Source: Bacteroidota bacterium (lineage in GTDB: Bacteria; Bacteroidota; Bacteroidia; Bacteroidales; GCA-2748055). From it: a stretch of 64,000 nucleotides of DNA. Shown piece after piece: positions 9,015 through 17,437 of this stretch (its first letter is position 1; every line of letters starts with the position of its first letter). Below the pieces are notes generated by a model. It was not told the DNA's origin. It was given only the letters and a program-made list of their open reading frames with translations, and did no database searches. Location: NCBI GenBank assembly GCA_049325415.1, contig JBMOLL010000072.1, positions 4,689-68,688 of the forward strand, in the 5' to 3' direction. A program made the position numbers and the translations under genes.

Positions 9015-10367
9015 ATGATTTTACTTAAAGATATTATTGGCTTTTTTCGCCTGAAGGAATCGGAACGGGATATTCTCAGAAAGGAGATTGCCACAGAAAA
9101 CATCCGGAGGGTATTTTACCTTTCAATTATTGCGGTTCCGGTAAGTCTGACCCAGATCATTATTTTCTGGCTTAAACTGCCCGAGGCCACAGGGACGGAG
9201 TACCACTGGAGAATGGGTATTATCTACTCTCATGCCGTTATTTCAATTTCTTTCCTTTTTCTCTCCCTGCTGCTCTTCTTTGCCTCCCGAAAAAACCTGC
9301 ATTCCCTGCTGATCAAGGTTGGGACCAATACAGTGATCCTTATCCTTCTTATTGCAGGTTCCGTCATTGTCGGCATCGATCAGCAGGTGACCACTTCCAT
9401 CACCCCTTTCCTGATCACTTCCCTGATCACAGCCTTCGTTCTGCTGATCCGGCCCTTCATTTCGCTGATCTATTATTCCTTAAGCTATATCATCTTCTAT
9501 TTCGTTATGGCAGCAGCCCAGGCCGATGAAGCCGTAATGATCTCCAACCAGGTGAACGGGATCACCGCATCGGCTGTAGGATTGCTGATGTCCTTCATTT
9601 TATGGAACAACTTTCTGACCAGGAGGAAACAGCAGCGTCTGATCGAAAGACAGAATGAGGAACTCAGAGAAGCCAATATATCGCGGGATAAGTTCTTTTC
9701 CATTATTGCACATGACCTGAAAAGTCCGATGTCGACCATTCTGGGATTCATGGAAGTGATGGATATGACCCTGGAGGCCGGAGATGTTAAAAAAACAAGG
9801 GAAATGCTGAAGATCGCAGATAACTCGACCCGGCAGACCCTCACCCTTCTTGAAAACCTGCTGATGTGGTCGAGATCGCAGTCGGGCAGATTGAATTCAA
9901 ATCCCGATAAAATCTTTCTCGGCTCCCTGATCCGCGACAGGATTAATAATCTCAGTGGTCAGCTCCTTGCAAAAAACCTCACGGTTGATCTTCATTCTGA
10001 CGACAGTCATGTGGGGTATGCCGACCCGGAAATGATCAAAACCGTGATGAGGAACCTGCTTTCCAACGCCATCAAGTTTTCCTTTCCGGGACACAGGATT
10101 GAGGTCAAAACCGTGCCTGCAGAAAACATGATTGTTATCTCGGTAAGCGATACCGGCACCGGGATATCCCCCGAAAAAATGGACCGGCTTTTTAACCTGG
10201 CCACCACGCCTCTGTCCGAGGGAACAGCACATGAACAGGGAACCGGACTGGGCCTGATCCTCTGTAAGGAAATGATAGAAAAGCAGGGGGGACAGATCTC
10301 GCTGGAAAGTCAGGAGGGCAAAGGAACGACGGTAAGATTCACGGTTCCTCAGGCGCTCTCCGATTAA
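9015..10367 (+). CDS. Membrane-bound sensor histidine kinase (HisKA + HATPase)
   Basis: About 6 N-terminal TM segments; FFSIIAHDLKSP H-box, NLLSNAIKFS N-box, DTGTGI, GTGLGL, GKGTTVRFTVP. Confidence 0.92.
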   Translation: MILLKDIIGFFRLKESERDILRKEIATENIRRVFYLSIIAVPVSLTQIIIFWLKLPEATGTEYHWRMGIIYSHAVISISFLFLSLLLFFASRKNLHSLLIKVGTNTVILILLIAGSVIVGIDQQVTTSITPFLITSLITAFVLLIRPFISLIYYSLSYIIFYFVMAAAQADEAVMISNQVNGITASAVGLLMSFILWNNFLTRRKQQRLIERQNEELREANISRDKFFSIIAHDLKSPMSTILGFMEVMDMTLEAGDVKKTREMLKIADNSTRQTLTLLENLLMWSRSQSGRLNSNPDKIFLGSLIRDRINNLSGQLLAKNLTVDLHSDDSHVGYADPEMIKTVMRNLLSNAIKFSFPGHRIEVKTVPAENMIVISVSDTGTGISPEKMDRLFNLATTPLSEGTAHEQGTGLGLILCKEMIEKQGGQISLESQEGKGTTVRFTVPQALSD

Positions 10368-12094
10368 TTTCCGGCCGGCTCCAGGATAAAAGCCATATCC
10401 TGGCCGACATAGGCGGCGTGTCCGTCCTTTATTTTCAGGACCGGCAGGTCGAAACTGATCCCGTTTTTCCCGGCCTTCACCACAAAATCCTCCTGTATCC
10501 CCGACTCCTCTTCATCGAGGAAACGTCCCCGCCAGGTATGATAGAGCCTGAGTTTATAGGAGCCTTCCGTGATCCCCGGAAGGAGTACTTTTTTTCCTGA
10601 CAGGTCGGTTTCTGCATTCACCGCCCAGCCAATGATCATCTGATCGGAAACCAGGGCATAGACATCACATTCCTTTCCCTGGCTGTTGAGGGTTTTTAAG
10701 CCGCTCAGGGTGCTAAAGGGGATCTTCTCCGTAAACCTCGCCAGGCTCTTCATCTGGTTGGTGACCACATTGTCGTTCAGGGCATCGGAATAGGCCCACC
10801 AGAAGGGGGTCATCGGCGAACCGGAGGCCATGGCCACCCAGATGGCATTATGATACTGGGCCAGGTAACCGGGCATGCTCATTTCATAAAAAGTATGATC
10901 CCAGCCGGTTTCAGGAATAATCACCGGCTTTTCGTAATTCTTCCACAGCCGGTCAAGGATGGCATGATAGTTCCGGTAACTGCTTGCCAGCGGATGGACA
11001 ACAGCTTTATCTATTTTCCCCGTTCCATTTACCGGGAAACCCTGGGCTTCGTACATCTCCCTCCCCGGCATATCAAAGAATTCATAAGCCTTGTCCCACC
11101 ACTCAAAGACGCCCCCGCTCCGGGTGCCGGTGGTAAGGTGCTGCCAGGGGTCGTTCTGTTTGAAATAGTCGTGCACTTTTTGTGCCCAGCGGGTGGCACC
11201 CAGACTGTCGCCCGAAGCCCAGCCGTCGGTTCCGTTCACTTCATCGATCACAAACCAGAGCGCCAGTGAACGGCTGTATCCCCAGCGGGCGATCATGTAG
11301 CGGTAAAGCTTCTCCTGGTACTTCCAGGCCTCTTCGCTGCTGTAAAAATCCTTTGCCTTTGTTACCAGGGCATAGGGATTGGTATACCAGGCAATGTTCC
11401 CTCCGCCCCATACCGTCTCCGACAGGAAGGAATGGAACCAGATGTTCAGGGAAAGCTGCATATCCCTTTTCTCCAGTTCCTCGAGCATCTCATCGATCTG
11501 TGAGCAGAGCAGCTGGTCGTAACGGCCAAGTCCCGTACCCCAGGTTTCAAGGGGCGTGATCAGATGACTGATATAATTCACACCCTTTTCCTGTAACTCA
11601 TCAAGCACCTCCGGCTCCGTGGGTCCATTGTACCACATCCCCACCCCGTACCAGGGTACCCCGTCGGCATGTTCCAGGTATCGCTTGTTTTCCGCGATCC
11701 GGATGGGTCCGTGTTTTTCCGGACTTCCAACCAAAAACTTCCGGGCTTCGGTACCGGCTGTACCGTTCCGGTCGCGGACTTTCACCATGTAGGTCCACTG
11801 TCCCGGCTCATCGGCAGAAAAACGCACGGAGAACCCTCCCCGGTAGCGTTGACTGTAAAAACCGGGAACCCTCCATTCTTTTCCCGAGGGAGAAATAAAG
11901 ACGGCTTCGAGGGAAACATCATCCGGGTCGAAGGGATTATCAAAAACGGCATCCAGGGATACCGACAGTTCGATCTTCTCGTAGGCAACGACTTTCTCCG
12001 GAAAGAGGAATACCCGATTGATAGCGGGCTGGGCAGAAAGAACGGTAATACCGGCCCAGAGGGCCAGGACGGAGCTAAGGATCCTGGGTTTCAC
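10364..12094 (-). CDS. Secreted DUF5060-domain protein with a GH5-like (clan GH-A) TIM barrel
   Basis: GTG start, signal peptide ..VLSA|Q; NPFDPDDVSLEAVFISPSG..VPGFY..VRFS..PGQWTY (DUF5060); RYMIARWGYS, VIDE, IPETG. Confidence 0.75.
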   Translation of the reverse strand: MKPRILSSVLALWAGITVLSAQPAINRVFLFPEKVVAYEKIELSVSLDAVFDNPFDPDDVSLEAVFISPSGKEWRVPGFYSQRYRGGFSVRFSADEPGQWTYMVKVRDRNGTAGTEARKFLVGSPEKHGPIRIAENKRYLEHADGVPWYGVGMWYNGPTEPEVLDELQEKGVNYISHLITPLETWGTGLGRYDQLLCSQIDEMLEELEKRDMQLSLNIWFHSFLSETVWGGGNIAWYTNPYALVTKAKDFYSSEEAWKYQEKLYRYMIARWGYSRSLALWFVIDEVNGTDGWASGDSLGATRWAQKVHDYFKQNDPWQHLTTGTRSGGVFEWWDKAYEFFDMPGREMYEAQGFPVNGTGKIDKAVVHPLASSYRNYHAILDRLWKNYEKPVIIPETGWDHTFYEMSMPGYLAQYHNAIWVAMASGSPMTPFWWAYSDALNDNVVTNQMKSLARFTEKIPFSTLSGLKTLNSQGKECDVYALVSDQMIIGWAVNAETDLSGKKVLLPGITEGSYKLRLYHTWRGRFLDEEESGIQEDFVVKAGKNGISFDLPVLKIKDGHAAYVGQDMAFILEPAGN

Positions 12095-12112
12095 TTTTTC
12101 GTAGTTTTAGTT

Positions 12113-12120
12113 CAAAGGTA
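12113..12120 (-). promoter_or_regulatory. Bacteroidota -7 promoter box (TACCTTTG) for the DUF5060 gene
   Basis: Exact TAnnTTTG about 20 nt upstream of the start. Confidence 0.6.
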
Positions 12121-12297
12121 AAAATAGGGATTTGATCCCTGCCGGAAAATCAATTTTGTCTCAAAGTCTTTCAATGTTCTCCCATATCCGTCACAAAATA
12201 ATCATCGCCGGCATCCGGTCCTTCCCGGGATCAGGCCAGAAAGAGGTAAAACTGGGTACTGGAATTACTTCCTTGAAAAAAGTGATTCACCGAATCA

Positions 12298-12434
12298 AAA
12301 TCCAAAATACATTGCTTCGCTACGCTGCGCCCTGATTTTTATTTTCTGTGGCTGCTTACAAATCCCTTGCGGGCTTTGACGCATCCACAGAAAATAAAAA
12401 TACCCGTTGCTTCCGCAACAGGTATTTTGGATTT
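12298..12434 (-). repeat. Nested palindromic element directly 3' of tRNA-Pro, including a GGAA-loop terminator-like hairpin
   Basis: 13-bp IR 12298-12310/12422-12434; 17-bp IR 12335-12351/12385-12401; hairpin 12401-12424 followed by a U tract on the minus strand. Confidence 0.75.
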
Positions 12435-12435
12435 G

Positions 12436-12508
12436 TCGGGGTGAGAAGACTCGAACTTCCGGCCTCCACGTCCCGAACGTGGCGCGCTGCCAACTGCGCT
12501 ACACCCCG
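12436..12508 (-). tRNA. tRNA-Pro (CGG)
   Basis: CGGGGTGTAGCGCAGTTGGCAGCGCGCCACGTTCGGGACGTGGAGGCCGGAAGTTCGAGTCTTCTCACCCCGA; cloverleaf, anticodon CGG, CCA not encoded. Confidence 0.97.
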
Positions 12509-12522
12509 AATGACTTACTTTA

Positions 12523-12630
12523 GCTTCAGCGAAGGTGATAATTATACACCGTTGCGAACTTTACTGGCAGGGCTCCGGAGGCACAATGGCAGCCGATATA
12601 AGCCTTTCTGCTGCAAGCTTTCGCTGAAGT
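12523..12630 (-). ncRNA. ssrS: 6S RNA (6S-Flavo-like)
   Basis: 108-nt rod closed by CTTCAGCGAA/TTCGCTGAAG with internal CGGCTGC and GGTGTATA...TCACC. It lies just 5' of tRNA-Pro and after a TATTTTTG box, resembling 6S-Flavo as I recall it. Not confirmed with a covariance model. Confidence 0.65.
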
Positions 12631-12740
12631 CACAAAATTTGTGCCCACAAAAATAGTAAATTCCGGGATATCCGGAAAAAATACTTTAAAAAGATAAATT
12701 GTCTGTATCGTTGAACGGCACTCCGAATGTCCGGATTTTT

Positions 12741-13748
12741 CTATCTGCCTTTTTCAAAGATTGTTCTGCACTCCTCCAGCAGCTGCACCCTGTTCACAGG
12801 CACCACTCCCGGTTTTTCGCATACCTGGCCGCCGGCAATATTGGCCAGCGCCGCGATCTGTACCGGCGTCAGTCCGGCAACAAGCCCGAGCGCGGCTACG
12901 CTGATCACCGTGTCACCTGCTCCGGAAACATCATTGATTTCCCGCGGAACACCGGGCACATGATGGGTTCCTTCCCTGTCGGCAAGAATAATCCCTTTAT
13001 CCGAAAGGGTGACCATTACCACCTCATGTCCTTTATCCAGGCGCAGCTTTTCCGCGGCAGCTGCAATGGCATCGAAATCTTCGCGGGTAAGATCCAGTTT
13101 CATGCCTTCCCTCAGTTCCTTAAGGTTTGGCTTGAAGAGCCCAACGCCATTGTAAAGGGAAAAGTTGCGGATCTTCGGGTCAACCAGTACCGGGATCTTC
13201 TGTTCACCTGATACCGACATGACCATTTCCATGACCTTAGGAGTGATCACCCCTTTGTCGTAATCCTGGATAATAATGGCATCGATACCGCCACTTTCCA
13301 GCAGATCTCTTACCAGTCCGATAAAAACCTCTTCGAGCCTTTTGCCCAGCAGGATGTCCATCTCCTCATCGACCCTGAGCAGGTGCTGATTTCCGCTGAT
13401 GATACGGGTCTTCTGGGTTGTGATCCGGTAATCGTCCACCGTGATACCTACATCGGATAGTTGCTGGTCCTTCAGCAGTTCAAGGAAGATATCACCCCTT
13501 TCATCGTCCCCGATCACGGCACAGAGAATAGGAACGCCACCCAGAGCCTTGATATTCAGGGCCACATTGGCTGCTCCGCCCAGACGGCTTTCTTCAATAA
13601 TACCCGATACGATGGGTACAGGAGCTTCGGGAGAGATTCGCCCCACCCTGCCCCACAGGTAGGTATCGATCATCACATCACCGATGATAACGATTTTTTG
13701 CCTGGACAGGCCTGCGAAAAACTTCTCAAAATCAAACTCCTTGAACAT
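12741..13748 (-). CDS. rfaE1: D-glycero-beta-D-manno-heptose-7-phosphate kinase (RfaE/HldE domain I, PfkB family)
   Basis: IGDVMIDTY, RISPEAPVP, LGGAANVALN, DYDKGVIT, VDPK, KPNLKE, DVSGAGDTV; a TATCTTTG box at 13767-13774 supports the start at 13748. Confidence 0.85.
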   Translation of the reverse strand: MFKEFDFEKFFAGLSRQKIVIIGDVMIDTYLWGRVGRISPEAPVPIVSGIIEESRLGGAANVALNIKALGGVPILCAVIGDDERGDIFLELLKDQQLSDVGITVDDYRITTQKTRIISGNQHLLRVDEEMDILLGKRLEEVFIGLVRDLLESGGIDAIIIQDYDKGVITPKVMEMVMSVSGEQKIPVLVDPKIRNFSLYNGVGLFKPNLKELREGMKLDLTREDFDAIAAAAEKLRLDKGHEVVMVTLSDKGIILADREGTHHVPGVPREINDVSGAGDTVISVAALGLVAGLTPVQIAALANIAGGQVCEKPGVVPVNRVQLLEECRTIFEKGR

Positions 13749-13794
13749 GGTATACGGCTTATTCGGCAAAGATAGCACTTTTCCCATCTAAACC

Positions 13795-16257
13795 TCAGTA
13801 GGGATCCACATCGGGGATTACCTTCACTGCTTTATGAACCGGACCGTTCGCCATATTTCCGATGATGCCGGAAATGAGTTGACGCGCGCGTTCAAAAGAG
13901 GCATTCCGCTCAATCTTCACCAGGATCTCCTGGTGATAAAGTCCGTATCGCCGGCCGGCCGAAGGGGGCTGTGGTCCGAGGACACGGGGTCCGAAAACCG
14001 ATTTCAGCTCACCGGCCAGGTAAAGAGCTGCAGCATCGACAAAAGAAGGTACCTGGTGGCGGAGGGTAAGCCGGATCAATCTTGTATAGGGGGGATAGGA
14101 AAACTGTTTCCTCTCGGGCATCTGCTCTTCAAACATCCGTTCATAATCCTGGCCCAGCATGTTCAGGATCACGGGGTGCGCCACATCGCCCGTCTGTATG
14201 ATCACTTTCCCCTGTTCCTCTCTTCTTCCCGCCCTGCCGCTTACCTGCATCATCAGCTGAAAACTGCGCTCAAATGCCCGAAAATCCGGAAAATTCATCA
14301 TACTGTCGGCATCGAGGATCCCGACAAGTGTCACATGCTCAAAATCAAGACCTTTTGAAACCAGCTGGGTGCCAACCAGGACATCCAGTTTCCGCTCACT
14401 GAATTCGCTGATGATCCTCTCATAACTGCTCCTGCTCCTGGCAACATCGGTATCAAGTCGGGCCACACGGATACCGGGGATCAGCAGACCGAGCTCATCC
14501 TCGACCTTCTCCGTGCCGAAGCCTTTCATCTGGAAATGACCATCGCCGCAGTCAGGACAGTGCGGCGGCACTTTCTCGGCTCCGCCGCAATAATGACAGA
14601 CCAGTTCGTGACGGTGCTTGTGGTAGGTAAGGCTCACATCGCATTTTTTACACCGGGGGATATAGTTGCACGACGGGCACCAGAGGTAATTGGAATAGCC
14701 CCGACGGTTCTGGAAAAGAATAACCTGCTTCCCGGCCCCGACGGCTTCCCTTATCCCGTCGAGGAGCAGCGGCGTAAACAGCGATTGCATCTGCTTCTTC
14801 CGCGTAGCTTCCCTGACGTCGGACAGGATCACCGCCGGAAGAAGGGTGTCGCCGTAACGCTTATCCAGTCTGACAAGGCCATACTTACCGGTTTTGACAT
14901 TGTACCACGATTCAAAGGAAGGTGTGGCGCTACCGAGCAAAACCTTTGCATTATGGAACATTGCAAGGATATTCACGCTGTCGCGGGCATGGTAACGGGG
15001 TGCGGGATCAAACTGTTTGAAAGTGCTCTCATGCTCTTCGTCGACAATGACCAGGCCCAGATCGCGGAAAGGGAGGAAAACTGCCGAACGAACACCCAGA
15101 ATAACCCGGTACGGAGCGTCCGGACCCAGGCCGGCCAGGTTCCGGTACACCCTCACCCGCTCCGCATCAGTGAAACGGGAATGATAGATCCCGACTTCAT
15201 CTCCGAACACATTTTTCAGGCGCGCAATGATCTGGGTCGTCAGTGCAATCTCCGGCAACAGGTACAGCGCCTGCTTACCGCTTCGGATCGTTTCGCGGAT
15301 AAGATGGATATACAATTCCGTCTTCCCGCTCGATGTCACTCCATAGAGCAGAACCGTTTGCATGGCCCGGTGCTGCTCCCTGATACTTTCCAGCGCCTTC
15401 GACTGGGCCGTGCTGAGTTTCTTTGGTTTCTGACGAACGGATTCCTCCGGATGTGCCGTTCGCTCCCTGCGCTCGAACCTGAACAATCCTCTTTTTACCA
15501 GGGCATTCAGGGCTGCTGCCGTTCTGTCCCTGAGCAGGATGCTTCGCTCGACCGAATCGGACTCTCCACCCGAAAAAAAGCCGCTCAGTTCAGAAAATGC
15601 TGCAAGCAACTCCTGCTGACGGGGAGCCCTTGACAGCGCATCGTAGACTTCTGTAAACCTTTTCTCCTCTTTCCAATCATCATTAAGAACGACATAAACG
15701 GCCACCGGCTGCTTAACTTTTTCAGTAAATACTTCGTTCAGAACAATCGCCTGCTTCTCCACCAGCGAACGGATCAGCGACATCAGGTTCCTTTCTTTTC
15801 CCGATGCAGCGAGCTTTTCAATGGTGATCTCGCCGGCGGTCTCCACGACATCCATGATCAGTTGTTCTTCCCGCGTCAGATCCAGCCACTCCCTGAATCC
15901 GGGGTTCAGCCTGACCCTCGATTCGCTTTCCGGTTTTAGCCCGGCCGGCAGTGCGGCATTCATCACTTCCCCGGTGGTGCACATATAATAATCGCTGATC
16001 CAGTCCCAGAACTGTATCTGTAATTCATTAACAAGCGGATGGTCATCCAGTAACGACAGGATGTCCTTGGCTTCTACGGTTGGCGGATCGGAATGCAGAT
16101 GACGGACCAGGGCCGTATAGATCCGTTTTCGTCCGAACTGAACCTCAACCCGCATTCCTACGGCAATCCTGCTGTGGAATTCTTCAGGCACCCGGTAGCT
16201 GAAGCCTCCGTCCAGGGCAAGGGGTAGAATCACATCTGCAAACAGGTTTCTGGCCAT
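13795..16257 (-). CDS. priA: Primosomal protein N' (replication restart helicase)
   Basis: GVTSSGKTELY, DEEHE, PRYHARD, GSATPS, NRRGY, four CxxC pairs, GFGTEKVE, QVSGRAGR. Confidence 0.97.
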   Translation of the reverse strand: MARNLFADVILPLALDGGFSYRVPEEFHSRIAVGMRVEVQFGRKRIYTALVRHLHSDPPTVEAKDILSLLDDHPLVNELQIQFWDWISDYYMCTTGEVMNAALPAGLKPESESRVRLNPGFREWLDLTREEQLIMDVVETAGEITIEKLAASGKERNLMSLIRSLVEKQAIVLNEVFTEKVKQPVAVYVVLNDDWKEEKRFTEVYDALSRAPRQQELLAAFSELSGFFSGGESDSVERSILLRDRTAAALNALVKRGLFRFERRERTAHPEESVRQKPKKLSTAQSKALESIREQHRAMQTVLLYGVTSSGKTELYIHLIRETIRSGKQALYLLPEIALTTQIIARLKNVFGDEVGIYHSRFTDAERVRVYRNLAGLGPDAPYRVILGVRSAVFLPFRDLGLVIVDEEHESTFKQFDPAPRYHARDSVNILAMFHNAKVLLGSATPSFESWYNVKTGKYGLVRLDKRYGDTLLPAVILSDVREATRKKQMQSLFTPLLLDGIREAVGAGKQVILFQNRRGYSNYLWCPSCNYIPRCKKCDVSLTYHKHRHELVCHYCGGAEKVPPHCPDCGDGHFQMKGFGTEKVEDELGLLIPGIRVARLDTDVARSRSSYERIISEFSERKLDVLVGTQLVSKGLDFEHVTLVGILDADSMMNFPDFRAFERSFQLMMQVSGRAGRREEQGKVIIQTGDVAHPVILNMLGQDYERMFEEQMPERKQFSYPPYTRLIRLTLRHQVPSFVDAAALYLAGELKSVFGPRVLGPQPPSAGRRYGLYHQEILVKIERNASFERARQLISGIIGNMANGPVHKAVKVIPDVDPY

Positions 16258-16303
16258 TTGAATCTGCTAAGGGCAGGAGGTCCTGCCGAACTCCCGAAAA
16301 TAC

Positions 16304-16333
16304 AAAAAAAATACCGCAAGTTGCCCTGCGGTA
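16304..16333 (-). terminator. Intrinsic terminator after pfkA
   Basis: TACCGCA/TGCGGTA stem plus a T tract on the minus strand. Confidence 0.65.
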
Positions 16334-16354
16334 ATCCTGTATGGAACAGGTGGT

Positions 16355-17335
16355 TTATACGGAAAGGATCTCGGCCATCTGGAGCTGGCTGGGATCCACC
16401 TTTTTCTTTACCTTGATCACTTTGCTGAACGGCGTGTGGTTGATTTCGCTGTTATGGAAACCAATCAGCACGCTTTTCTGGTCGTCGAGGAGTGCCTCAA
16501 CGGCAGCATAACCCATCTTGCTGGCGCTTACCCTGTCATAAGCCGAAGGCGTTCCCCCGCGCTGGATATGACCCAGAACGGAAACCCTTACGTCATATTC
16601 CTGGAAGTCCTGCTTCACGCGGTTGGCAATGGCAAAAGCACCTCCCGAAGCTTCACCCTCGGCAACAATGATAATGTTGCTGGATTTCCGCCGTTTGAAG
16701 CCTTTTTCCAGGAAGTCCTTCAGGCCTTCGACCTGACCGGCCACTTCTGGGATCAGGATGGCTTCCGCACCACAGGCAATACCGCTTCTGAGGGCGATAA
16801 AACCGGCATCCCTTCCCATCACTTCAATAAAGAAAAGACGGTTGTGCGAACTCGCTGTGTCACGGATTTTGTCAACGGCTTCCACCACGGTATTCAAAGC
16901 TGTATCGTAACCGATGGTATATTCGGTGCCGAAAATGTCATTATCGATCGTACCGGGCAGCCCTACAAAAGGAATATCATACTCATCACAGAAAACCCTT
17001 GCTCCGGTAAGCGAACCGTCACCGCCGATCACCACAACGGCATCAATTCCCTGGGCAATCAGGTTGTCATAGGCCTGCTTTCTTCCTTCGGAAGTCATAA
17101 ACTCCTTGCTCCTGGCTGTTTTCAGAATGGTTCCGCCCCTGGCAAGAATATCACTGACACTGTATGATTTCAGCGGGGTGAAATGGTTGTTGATCATGCC
17201 ATGATAACCATGCCTGATCCCGACCACATCCAGCCCGTAATATATAGCTGTTCTGGTAACGGCCCTTATCGCCGCATTCATTCCCGGTGCATCACCTCCC
17301 GAGGTGAGCACCCCAATTTTCTTAATCTTCGCCAT
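16355..17335 (-). CDS. pfkA: ATP-dependent 6-phosphofructokinase
   Basis: TSGGDAPGMNAAIRAV, GGDGS, PGTIDND, EVMGR, LGHIQRGG. Confidence 0.97.
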   Translation of the reverse strand: MAKIKKIGVLTSGGDAPGMNAAIRAVTRTAIYYGLDVVGIRHGYHGMINNHFTPLKSYSVSDILARGGTILKTARSKEFMTSEGRKQAYDNLIAQGIDAVVVIGGDGSLTGARVFCDEYDIPFVGLPGTIDNDIFGTEYTIGYDTALNTVVEAVDKIRDTASSHNRLFFIEVMGRDAGFIALRSGIACGAEAILIPEVAGQVEGLKDFLEKGFKRRKSSNIIIVAEGEASGGAFAIANRVKQDFQEYDVRVSVLGHIQRGGTPSAYDRVSASKMGYAAVEALLDDQKSVLIGFHNSEINHTPFSKVIKVKKKVDPSQLQMAEILSV

Positions 17336-17437
17336 TTACTAACTATTTGCTACGTATGAAACTAAGTATCCAACTGGCCACAAAATTAACCAATTATTAA
17401 ACAGGCCCGTAAGGATTCAGAAAAATTTACACGAAGG

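Noticed and set aside
1-12435. Genomic island integrated at tRNA-Pro
   Set aside because: Accessory genes lie 3' of the tRNA, but there is no integrase, no duplicated tRNA 3' end in the window and no obvious compositional shift.
12132-12656. Short plus-strand ORFs (67 aa, 102 aa)
   Set aside because: They overlap the palindromic element, tRNA-Pro and the 6S-like RNA and have no protein features.
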